Shown: positions 1 to 11,572 of the stretch, one piece after another
How the letters are laid out: each line of letters starts with the position of its first letter
How positions within the stretch are numbered: the first letter of the stretch is position 1
Assembly: GCF_902459465.1 (NCBI RefSeq)
Contig: NC_047072.1
Span: forward strand, 15,004,001-15,068,000
DNA from: Asterias rubens
Taxonomy: Eukaryota
Reading direction: 5' to 3'
Length of the DNA stretch: 64,000 nucleotides
Notes under the pieces: generated by a model
What the model was told of the DNA's origin: nothing
Seen by the model: the letters and a program-made list of their open reading frames with translations, nothing else
Database searches by the model: none
Program-made: the position numbers and the translations under genes

Positions 1-523
1 CAATTTATACAATGCTTACAAAGTATCTATTGTAAACCTGTCTGAGTTGGGCTATTGACGCGTCAATAGTGGTTCTCTACCGGTCGGCTACGGGGCTGAG
101 TGAATCTCGACTCACGGCGCGGACTGCTCATAACACACCGGTTCAAGAGAAAACAAACCGGCACGCGTCAGGCACCTTCCCTAACCAATATTTGGCTCCA
201 TTTAGGAACTGCTACAAAAACTCTCATTCCGTAAGAGGAAACAGACGATCTTTTTTGTACATTCTGGATCAGCCTTGAGATAATCATGGGTCGTTACAAT
301 AGATAACTGGGGCAGGTTTAAATTGAGAACAATACCTGCCGTGGTTGATGCCTTACGCCGCGGTGCTATGCCCAACCCGTGCCACTGCTTTCTCACGGGA
401 TCCCGCCACGCGTGCACTAATTGCCGACTCACGACCTCCACGCGATACGCACGCGAAATTGTTTTACTGTGTACATGCCATAGGGCTCTAGCAAAACACG
501 TAAAACAATAACCACCCTGAGTT

Positions 524-561
524 TATATAAATAGGCCACAGATTGATTCAGAAATCATTTC
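524..561 (+). promoter_or_regulatory. Candidate core promoter of the dsf-like gene (TATA box plus Inr-like element)
   Basis: TATATAAATA at 524-533, then TCAGA at 548 and TCATTT at 556-561, about 25-32 nt downstream. It lies upstream of the DBD exon. Inference only. Confidence 0.35.
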
Positions 562-612
562 TCTCTGCTAGGGACTCCACTATTAGATCGACTTTGTAAA
601 CCAAGCACAAGG

Positions 613-748
613 ATGAAGCTCACTTGTGAAGAAACTTTTGAGCAAGTGTTAAGCCGCAAGCCTGTTGGAGTACCAGCACGTTTGCTGTGTACCAGCCGTA
701 GTAGAGAAGAAGTAATATGCGACAGACGAGGCATCGAGTGGAGAAAAG
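613..748 (+). CDS. Candidate first coding exon of the dsf-like gene
   Basis: First ATG after the putative TSS; open for 45 codons + 1 nt (MKLTCEET...EWRK+G), ending at AAG|GTTCGC. Phase 1 joins exon 1046 to give G-DRLLDIP. The donor is weak and I recognise no homology. Confidence 0.3.
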
Positions 749-1045
749 GTTCGCATTTCAGAAACCATTAAAACACAGCATTATTTGGCAAGCGAATCTC
801 ATTTCAAGTTTTTTTTTTTCGCTTGGCCACTTTGGGTTCGAACTTGTCCTTATCCTCCATTAACACCATGGACAATGCAACTTCTTGTCATTATTCTTTC
901 CGCGCCTAAAATGGTCGTTATCTTCTTCTACATACGAGACAAACCAACGAACTTCATAGAACCTTCAATTTTTTTTAGAATATATGATGAAGTAGTTTGA
1001 TGTAATTTCTTTAAACAATGTATTTGATTGTTTTCTTCTTCCTAG

Positions 1046-4000
1046 GGGACCGTCTTCTGGACATCCCATGCAAGGTTTGTGGTGACCGTAGTTCGGGCAA
1101 GCACTACGGCGTGTATGCCTGTGACGGCTGCAGTGGGTTCTTCAAGCGCTCCATCCACAGGAATCGTGTGTACACGTGCAAACAACAGGGCAAAGGTGGG
1201 GGCTGCTGCCCTATTGACAAAACCCATCGCAACCAGTGCAGGGCGTGCCGCTTGCAGAAATGCTTTGATGCACACATGAACAAGGATGGTGAGTTTCTTT
1301 AACTATTTGTATTAGGATATTATTGGCTGATTCATTGTGACAAACCATTAATCTCGACAGAAAGTTGGCCTTTTTTTATTTTTTTATTAACTAACACACG
1401 CAAAATCAGTAGGCTAGTGAACCTGGTGCCTGCATTGGATATTGAAATCAAACAATATTGTACATAAAATGACATATAAAGTATTTCATATTGAAGATTT
1501 TGAAGAAAACTGAGTATCATTATCGGTAAAATACGCTGATTTTCCGACTTCAGCTTTACTGAAAATCGATAGGAGCTGTATTATTAAACTAAATTCTTGG
1601 CGGACAAATATTCAATTAACTTTGCAACCGTCTGACATGCGGGCCCTTCCCCGTCACCTTGGTCCAAGTCTCCATCTATATCTACCTCCGTAATCATGCA
1701 CATTATCATCCGCATCACTGAATTCGCACCATCACACATCGCGCTTAATATTAACATCGGCAAAAATAAATAGAAAGTTCCTGCACTGTTCACACTACTG
1801 ACAAGTCGATTATGCAGTTACGATCAGTCATAGTTTGTACCAATTAGTTTATGCTATAACAGTAAATGAGAACAGACCAAATTATATTTAAGTGATTACC
1901 CTATTTTGTTTAAGCAGTTAAACCAAGACTTATTTTCCCCATGGTTACTCGTGGTCCTTTCTTTAACGTTAAACCAGAATAGGAATGACCGTTTGGTAAT
2001 TTCATTTAATTAGTTCGCTTATCATTATAAAAATGCTTAGCACGAATCTCCAGTATTTGATGGTTATCAACTAATCCTTTGAACACATCACCGACGGATG
2101 GTGTAGCTACGACAATGGTACAGACAACTTTGGTTGGTTATACTATGAATCAACGTGAAAAGCCTATAATTACATACAAAAAGGTTCCGATAACTTGTTG
2201 TCTGTATAAAAATGCTTACGACCAAATACAAGTTTAGAAAATATCTGCTTATTGGCTCTTATTCAAGCACGGTCGGGGACTTACGAACACCGTACCTAGT
2301 CGACTCAGTAGGGCTTCCAATTTTTAATAAAAGTCGACTCTACGTTTTGCAGCAGGCGAGCGTGAGACGAAACGGTCAGAGTGGGGAGACCGCTGTTTCA
2401 CACCAAGGTGTGAACACAGAGTAGTCCTCAAAATTAGCTTTGGGCGGGAAGCACTGAATTTATGGACAAAAAAATAATATAAAATTTTGACTTCGGCTTT
2501 GAAGTATGAATGGCCTTGGCTGTATGGCGCGGAGCTTGCGGTTCAGAATAACAGAATAATCTGAAAAACTAAGGAAATGCTTTGATTTGTCTATGGTTGT
2601 GCGTGGAGTCGACTGATCGTACAGAGCGAGCGAGATGATATTACAAACTTTATTTTATATTCCGAAAACGCTTCAGCAGTATGTTATGAAAATAGTTAGA
2701 AAATGAATTTCAGAAAAAAAACCTATTTGGATTTTATTTTAGACAAAGGAATATCGAGCAAAATTAAACGAAGTAGGACTAGGCCTATTGTAAAATATTC
2801 ATCGAGATGCATAAAGGAAACCCAACAAAATGTTAATACTTCGCAAATTGGTTGAAATCATTGAATAAATAGGTAGGCCTTTGAGAAGCAAAAATCTCAT
2901 TTTAAGGTCAAATAATGATGTTCACCGACCTTTTTGAACCGTCCTTCTTTACTTTCGATCTCAATTTTGACATTGTTAAGACAATGTAATTTTTCACCAA
3001 AGTGTATACTGACATTGTTGCCCCCCAAATGTATAGACGCTTCCCACCCCTCCCATTGAAATTTTAAAATTTGAGATAATAATAACCAGAGTATAAAATG
3101 TTAAGTTTTATAAAGTTTTATGGAGCACTTGTGGCTAATAATAATAACTCAATGTTTTAAACTATTGTTCTATTCACACATATTTGTTGCACCTTTGCAG
3201 TAAACAGTTATTATTTTTCACCAACGTCTTCGGGGTACGGTAAAAATAACGTCTTCAAATGTATTATCTTATGTTCCGCGTGCCCCATTCTGCGTTGTAC
3301 AGTAGGCCAATAACAGGTAAAGTGTCACACTCTTAAGCTGTAAGAGCGGGAGCTTTGATCCTAATCTGCTTCATTTTGAGACATTTCTTTGTTCTACAGT
3401 ATACTACATAGTTTGTCAATACGTAAACATCGTTATTCAAATTGCTAGTTTCTTAGATCGCTTTGAGATGACTTCTGTACTAAGAAATGGTATTCTGAAG
3501 GTGCTTGTTCAATCTCAGCATAATCGGAAAAGACTGCTCAGATTGCTTTAAGACTATGTATGTGTAAAAATCCACGTGTGACCGGAGACGGAAATTTTTT
3601 CAAACCTTTCATTTAAAACGTGTGAAAATAATTTTGTCCTGAGGAACAGAAGGTTTCCTGAAGCTGCTGGTAAAATTCAAACCGCTCAGAGATTAATTCT
3701 GTACTCAGAAATTGGGACTTTTAAAGCTGCTGGTAAATCTCAGCGTGATGGGAGACTACATTGTTCAAACAGCTCGATCTGATATTGGTTCTGTATGAAC
3801 TTGGGTGTTCTGAAGCAAGGGCGGATCCAGGGGGGGGGGGGTACGATCCAAACAGACCAACCCGTCCCTTTTTTCCTCGTGTATACATGTATTTTGAAAT
3901 AATCTGATTTTGCACGTTAATAACATTTTAAGCCCAAATTCCAAAAGGCCCACATTCTACATCTCAAATTTTGAAGGCATTTTGTTTTGTTTCCTTCATC

Positions 4001-7000
4001 AATTTTATGCATCAAATGGCCCTATGCATCAATAGACTGACCACAGAGCATCTATAATCCGCCATTTTGAAAGCTACTCGCTAGGCGCTCTCACGCTCCA
4101 TCTTTCACAGATTCTGCCCCCCCCCCCCCCTTGGGTCAGGATCTGCCCGTGCCCAAGCTATAATTACCCCCTTTCCTTCCTTTTGTTTGAAGACAAGCCA
4201 TCTCTGGATCAGCCGTATAATATGGTTAACTACAATCTATGACCAAACAGTTTCCAAAAGGAGGGCAACAATGAAACAAACCCAAATGTATTCAAAAAAG
4301 ACATGTGCGACATGTTTAACAATGCTAACTATATTAATAAAAACCTGAATATTAGAATGCCCGCGGGAAATATTATGTTAGACAAAACATTATCTGCACC
4401 CCCTACCCACCCACCAAGCTGTTAGACAAAACATTATCTGCACCCCCACCCACCCATCAAGCTGAACTTCCTTGTGCAACGCTTTGTCGGATGCCGGACC
4501 AGACCGAAAACAAAAAATCATAAGCCCCCCCCCCCAACCCGAAAAACAAAATGTATCGCCTAAAATTGTTAATTTTTTGTAGCAGCTGTTGCTGTCAATG
4601 CAACAATCAATCACCACAACAATAACTATTCGATACACACTAATAATAGCGAATAACTACCAAAATAAATAATTCATTTATAGTTTTTTTAAAGTCAGAA
4701 CAGTGAGACCACATTGTGAACTTAATTTAATAATAAAGGACCCGGGAAAATACTGAGTATACAGTGCTAACACACATCGGTATCAAGGTCAATTCATTAC
4801 CCCCCCCCCCCCGATGCAAATCTAACATCTATTAAAAACTTATTTAAGTTATAGACTTTTGGCAAAGCAATCTGAGGGATGCTTTGAACTTCAAAGTCTC
4901 CACAAGGAACTCGTTCATAAATTTAAAGTCAATTCACATAATGGGATATATGAATATTAAATCCCTCTCACCCATATTGTTGTATATTATGAAAACCCTT
5001 TCTGATGCCCATGTGGGAACGGCTAGGCTGTGTCAATGATTGGCGTTCAAGTACGTCCTTTTCAAAACGTCACATTGTGCACGTGCAGCGGTTTAGGTTC
5101 TCATCAAGCACCACTCCAAAATTCAAAGCCAACTCAATGAGCATATTGGGGAGCAAGAATATATTTAACATCAATTGTTTTGTTATATATTTTATTTCTA
5201 GTTAAAAATAAGAGACGCGATGGTACAAACAACCTAGAGGCAGCTCCCAAACTTGTGGCGTCCGTGACTGATAAATTATTTATAATGAACACAAAGTAAT
5301 GGGGTCAATTTATACCACGCTTAGAAGAACAGTTTACTGTTATAAGTTGATCTTTGCTAACGGTGTACTGAGGTGGAATCATTCCAACTTTAATATCAGC
5401 CTTTTTTGTGTGGAATGCATTCCATTCTTTGTCTTTTAAACAAACTTCTAAATACTTCAAAATAATAAGAGCAATTTAAATACTTAAAAAAACCAAGCAG
5501 ACTCACTGCATGGCGTAAACTTTCAATACAAGTATATACCGTTAAATCTCCCCAAATCTCGCGACTACTTTGAGAGTTATAGTACACCTGCCCTTCTAGT
5601 ATACTGTACTTCCCGATGAGCGGATCGACACCGCGACAAAGTGGCTCGGACATGGCCAGTATTGCCGCTCATCAGGCGACGTCCACATTCCACATTAATT
5701 GCTGCATTGATTTTCTGGTAGTTAGTTCTTCTAGGGTTAGTCTTGGCACACTTACAGCAACCCTCCCAAAAAAGTGCAAAGCCTTTTTAGACTGTAGCGG
5801 TGACGACTATACTATACCTGGGGGTTGAAGATGCGACCTAACCCCTTGGATTGCTCTAGGGTGTACAGTGCTTACATCGCGTAAGACAGATGCTGATGTA
5901 GCACACACGTCCACACAACCGCTAAATAATTGCGCGTGTAATCTCCCTGCCCACCCACTTCATCTCCTGCACTCCTCCATCATGCACTGCGGTATTTTTC
6001 TTAAAAGCCAGACTGTTGAGACAGGCGGCAAACGATATTGTCCGCTTGAGTGCACTGTTACTGCTTGGTCACGCTTGGGTGGGCGGCTAGCCACCGTAAG
6101 TTGTGACTCCTGTCTCCCCTACACAACACGCACCACACCGACACACTCTTTTATACACTCAAAAGTTGTCTAAGTCTTTACTTAAAATTTGAGTTGAAAG
6201 TAATTAAACCACTGTTGTAATAACAAAAGGCAGACTGAGAGAACAAAACAACGAAGGCGTGGCACCCCGTTTGGTACATTTGCCCATCACAGCAGAGAAA
6301 TCTTGATCTTAAGGTTCAACGTCATTATGAATCTAATAATTGTTACCCGTCTCGTTTTCACTTGTATTATTATTTACAAACTAGCATAATAACTAACAAG
6401 AAGCTTGTAATGAAAAATAATCCAATAAGAAGGAATGAAAAAAGGACCTTTAAAGCGGGAAGAAATCATGCCTGAAAGCATGCGGCATGAAAATCGTTTC
6501 CATGACAGAGAGCTAATTTAATAATAAGTCAATAATGATGAAGTAATCCAATGATAGAAGTTTAATTTAGAGCGATACCCAAGGGACGATTTACACGAGC
6601 GACGGTACGATCAAGCTGCTGAAATGGATCACCGGTGCTGGCTGTCAAAATAACGGCGGGCAAGAGTGGCCCAGACACGGTCAAGAACAGAATACGGTAG
6701 CACGACTTCGAACCGCCGCGTCAATTACAAGACGATCTTTGTCATAACATGAGATTATTTATATGTCCTTGTTGACTATTGAGCGGTTTTTTGGTGGGAA
6801 TCAAAGCTCTATTTCGCAGGGACTATTATACCAGGCATCATGCTGTTTCCGATCCTATGATGTTAAACCATGCGTAGAGGATCGAGATCTAATGACAATT
6901 TATTGAGTTGGTAAATAACGATCTTGACTGCTTCAGAAAAATTACGCCACAAAATCTTCTCGTGAGGAGAGGTTCCTTACTTTTGGCGCCATTTATTATT

Positions 7001-10000
7001 GTGCAGGGAAACAGTAAAGACACATTTTTATGCCAACTTTTCTAACACCAATGACAACCCAATGATAACTTTGATAACAATACCAGTACAAATGAGTCAG
7101 TATATGCCAACTTTATCAATGATGATATTTTACTTAAGAACTGAACTATCCTCAGACAGAAACATACATTACACAAACACCAAGATTGTCAGAAGGTGTT
7201 AGATCGTGAACACACCTGCCCAGGTTGACGGCACGACATGTCTAGCGCAAAAAGGGCTAACCACACACGGGGCCCAGGCCCTTGGGGCCGCCTGCGCTGT
7301 CTTACCACCTCACGGTAAAGCTCACAGAATCAACACAAGCTTTCATTCTATATACGAAGAGTGTTCATCCCCTTATTAGTGTGGGATGGTTATTTTAGCC
7401 CCGAAGCTAACCGGTGTTCTGGGGTTATTTCGGGCATTTATCTTGGGGAAAGAAAATGATATAAGACGGCGCTAGTAAAGTACACATTTCACGCACAATT
7501 TAATTGATATGGACAGGTTCCTGTAATTCACTGACAAAAATGTCGAACAATGCCGGGGGCTCATTATTTGTGTGTCTAGATTTTGCAATGGAATAAAGTA
7601 GCACAAATATTGATTTTCAAATGGAATCATAATTGCAAAAAGATAACTCCAAAATGCAGCAAGGCTTATAGTCACGTGGTGTGTCGGTTTGTAGGATCTT
7701 CCGATTACGGATACATACAATCTAAAATGAATTTCAGCTTTTTCTTGAACTTGTCGGCAGAAATTGCACAAAAGAATGTTTCCAATACATATAATAACGA
7801 GAGAAACAGAGAAAGTGTGTGGAGGTGGGGGCATGGGGCATGACATTCGAGCTGGAAAGAGCAGAATAATTTACAAATTATAAAATAAAAAAAGTCATGG
7901 ACAAAGTCCTGTTACATCAATTCCTCTCATGGTTCATACTTGTTTGTTTCTGATATCATTCTTTGATGGGTGCCATGACAGGTGCTTCCATGGGTATGCA
8001 AAACAAAAATTGTCTGTAAATAAAATTCCCACAGTCAAAATTGTTCCCTAAACATTCCTGAGCCAGACTTAACAACAAGGACGAACAGATGAACAAACAC
8101 GTGACACGTGCTCGACATTGTGCTCGGTATTGTTCGGAACAAATCGGTGTATCATTGGCCAAACAGCTTTGATTGATTCTCAACAAAACCGACAAGCTGG
8201 GTTTGTGTCAGAATGTCTGGGCTTAACAAGAGACATTAAAATACATTGTTTGTTTAAATGTTTTCGTTGCACATTGCAAACACACAATGGTGAACATTTT
8301 AGCCACAACTTTGATTTTTAACGACGTTCTCATTTCAGCTAAGAAAACATCTTCATCACAACAACCACAAGTAACCAAGTTAAACTAATACAAACAATGG
8401 TTTCGGCTTCGATGAACAGATGCAAAACAATCAAATAGGGTTAACTAAAATTATCGCCTGTTATTTTTCAACAAATAGCCGAATCACTGACATAGTAATT
8501 GTCTCTTTTTTCAATTGAACATCAAGTATTTATTCATCATATTATTTTCTCCTTGTTCTTTTCCATTTTCCAGCTGTTCAACATGAGCGAGGACCCCGTA
8601 AACCAAAAGCCAAACCTTCGCCAGACGACGGCAGTACCGGGTCTGCAAGCCCCGACCCCCCGTCCGCCCATCACCCCGTTCATGCCACGCACCCGTCGTC
8701 ACACCGCCATCACGGCATGACAAACGGCACAAGTAGCACCCCCGTGGCGGTGGTCTCCTATGTGTCATCCTCTATGTTCTATGGGACATTCTACCACAGT
8801 CTCCTAACAGCTGAGCAGTACAATGTCAGTCCAATGGCTCTAGACCTGACTGCCAAAGTCAAGGCAGAGATGGAGGGTGGACCTCATGCAGGCTTCCACA
8901 CGGCCATGACAGGTACGACAATAATAACCCCGCCCCATCCCTCAAGTACAACACTTTTCATAAAGGCTGCTGGCAATTCAACATTTCACAAAATAATGCT
9001 TATCAAGTTTATTAAGGGTATTCATAGCGACGAAAGACAACATGCTTGAAAAACCCAACTTGACAATGACCTTTGCCTCTTTATAACCCACAGGTAGCCC
9101 GGAGAGTATGCCCGAAGTAGCGGCACGCCTTCTGTTCACATCCGTCAAGTGGTCCAAGAACATCCCGTGCTACCTACTCTTGCCATATCGTGATCAGGTA
9201 CATTAAATCTCACAGTTTCAAAATACAGGGCAAACTTGTAGAGCTCCAACAGAAAGTAGAATCATCCTCGCTCTTTCTTATTGGCCAGACAAAAATGTCA
9301 CCACAATAATAATTAATAACTGAACTGAACTTACAGTGTGTTAAACTTCGACCCCAATTGAGTGTTCATTGGATCTCAAACACGAACGCGTGGCTACCAA
9401 ACCAACTGACGCTCATGTCTAAACTGTCAACTTATGGTGGTTATAAATGACCAGGGAAACTAACAATAACTCAGAGGGGGGAAACTGAACAAGCTGGTTT
9501 CAACAAATGACTCGCTGTCTGCAATATCAAGACTAATTCACACGCGTAACACTTTTAGAAGTCATCCTAGTTTGCATTCCTCACAAGAGTAAATTGTTAT
9601 ATACTATATTCATAAGCACTTATTGTTCCCGCCATTTGGTTAATTATTATCACTCAAGTGGATGGGTGTGTACATGCAAACTGTTAAGAGTTTATAGGTA
9701 GTCGTGTAACGAAGTGTAACAGAGTCGAGACACAACTTAGCAGTGAAGTATGTGCCATCAACGTAAACCCCCTCACAAACTCAACAAACAGAAAACATAA
9801 AATCGTAAAAGCCTCGGAGAATTCGTTTGACTAATTTTCTCACTTGTCAACTTGGCCCATTTCTCTGCTTTCCCCTTCTCTTTGAACACTTTAATGACGG
9901 ACGCATTTAAAATAGTCCAGAAAGAACTACAAGTTTTGTACCACGACAAACATGTAGAAATAACACATCATTTCAAAAGCACATTACACACATTTTCAGA

Positions 10001-10784
10001 CTTTGTTGTTAAACTAACTGAAAAAGAAGCATGTACAACAGCTTAGTGATGTAAAACTCTAGATATGACATAAGTCCTATAACTAATTACATGTATCTAT
10101 CTTCACCAGGTGATCCTCCTTGAAGAAGGTTGGCGAGACCTCTTCCTCCTCGGAATTTGTCAATGGTCCGTTCCTCTAGAGATGGAGACACTTCTCAAGT
10201 ATCTTCCAAGAGAAGACAAGAAAATGTCCAGTGATGAACTTGCTAGGTTGACATCTCAGATTCGATACATGCAGGATGTAGTGGCCAGACTACGGGCTCT
10301 TGATGTGGACTTTACTGAGTTTGCTTGTCTTAAGGCAGTGGCACTTTTCAGACCAGGTCAGTCAGAATACACTCTTGCTGTGTCCATATAACCATCAGTA
10401 ATGACTTTACTGAAAAGCTCATACTGAAATTACTTTAACCTCACATTCAGAAGACAAAAGACATATCTCAAAGTACCCTAAATGACAATAAGTTTACTTC
10501 AAACCCAATAATTTTACTTCTCCATTTTATTTTGTTGAACAGAGACACATGGAATCAGAGAACCCCACCAGGTTGAGAGTCTACAAGACCAAGCCCAGGT
10601 TATGTTAAGCGACTACATCCGCCATTCCTATCCAGGTAGGAGTGTTCGTTTTGGTCGCCTCCTTCTTATCTTGCCCGCCCTCCGGAAAGTAAGCAGCAAG
10701 CTCATCGAGAGGCTGTTCTTCAAGGAGACAATTGGCAACATCCCAATTGAGCGTCTCCTCAGTGACATGTTTCAGAGTAGCTAG
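1046..10784 (+). CDS. dsf: NR2E nuclear receptor, dissatisfaction (dsf)-like; 5' exon unresolved
   Basis: Exons 1046-1288, 8574-8912, 9094-9197, 10110-10356, 10543-10784; all GT-AG with consistent phases. [48 protein letters not shown]...[13 protein letters not shown]...[27 protein letters not shown] and GPRKPK match Drosophila Dsf as I recall it, rather than Tll/TLX (RILD, RSIRRNR, GPRxST). The LBD is complete and ends [14 protein letters not shown]. Confidence 0.85.
4377..4463. repeat. Imperfect tandem duplication, 2 x ~44 bp
   Basis: gttagacaaaacattatctgcacccc... at 4377 and 4421, in the large intron of the dsf-like gene. Confidence 0.85.
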
Positions 10785-11164
10785 GTGGCAAACACTGACT
10801 GACACAATGTCAAAATGGTCAATTTGACTGACAGACGACCTCTTTGAATTCCTCAGCCAGTAAAGATTTACAGCCAAACACAGAGGGCGCTATACACAAT
10901 TATCAATACTCCAATCGAACAGACTGCTAGAACTGGCAAATAGGGTGCTTCTTTATGTTTCCTCACAGAGGGCATGTTAAAGTTTAAGATGTAATATCAC
11001 TATGAGACTGTGGTCTCTCATTACAGCAAAATCAACTCCACTGTCAGATACAGTACTGTAATACAAGAAGATCTTTGAAATAACAAAACACAATGTTTAT
11101 GTGCGAAGGTGATAAAAACACTTTGTTTAAATTTAGGGGGGAGTAATACTTGAAACTTCCCGAA

Positions 11165-11572
11165 CGCATATGAACATCTTATATTGTAAGGCACAAGAGG
11201 AAATGGGCAAAACTACGCATATGAACATCTTATATTGTAAGGCACAAGAGGAAATGGGCAAAACTACGCATATGAACATCTTATATTGTAAGGCACAAGA
11301 GGAAATGGGCAAAACTACGCATATGAACATCTTATATTGTAAGGCACAAGAGGAAATGGGCAAAACTACGCATATGAACATCTTATATTGTAAGGCACAA
11401 GAGGAAATGGGCAAAACTACGCATATGAACATCTTATATTGTAAGGCACAAGAGGAAATGGGCAAAACTACGCATATGAACATCTTATATTGTAAGGCAC
11501 AAGAGGAAATGGGCAAAACTACGCATATGAACATCTTATATTGTAAGGCACAAGAGGAAATGGGCAAAACTA
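11165..11572. repeat. Perfect minisatellite, 8 x 51 bp
   Basis: Unit cgcatatgaacatcttatattgtaaggcacaagaggaaatgggcaaaacta repeated 8 times with no visible variation. It explains the 17-aa repeat ORFs on both strands. Confidence 0.97.

Noticed and set aside
1018-1045. ORF-track start MYLIVFFFL as the true N-terminus of the dsf-like protein
   Set aside because: The segment is a polypyrimidine tract ending in CCTAG, the same acceptor position as in the TLX gene.
1042-1279. Antisense and alternative-frame ORFs over the DBD exons (also 53653-53910 and 53696-53890)
   Set aside because: Shadow ORFs of GC-rich coding sequence; their mutual similarity only reflects the shared tract.
6700-6720. B-box-like GGTTCGAAGTC (minus strand) as a tRNA gene; a similar word lies near 834-843
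   Set aside because: No A box at proper spacing and no cloverleaf.
1046-10784. First receptor as a recent TLX duplicate or as PNR/NR2E3
   Set aside because: Hinge, LBD codons and some intron positions differ strongly from TLX; the DBD lacks the PNR features (CNGCSG, NERQPR) and has dsf-type RSIHRNR and GPRKPK.
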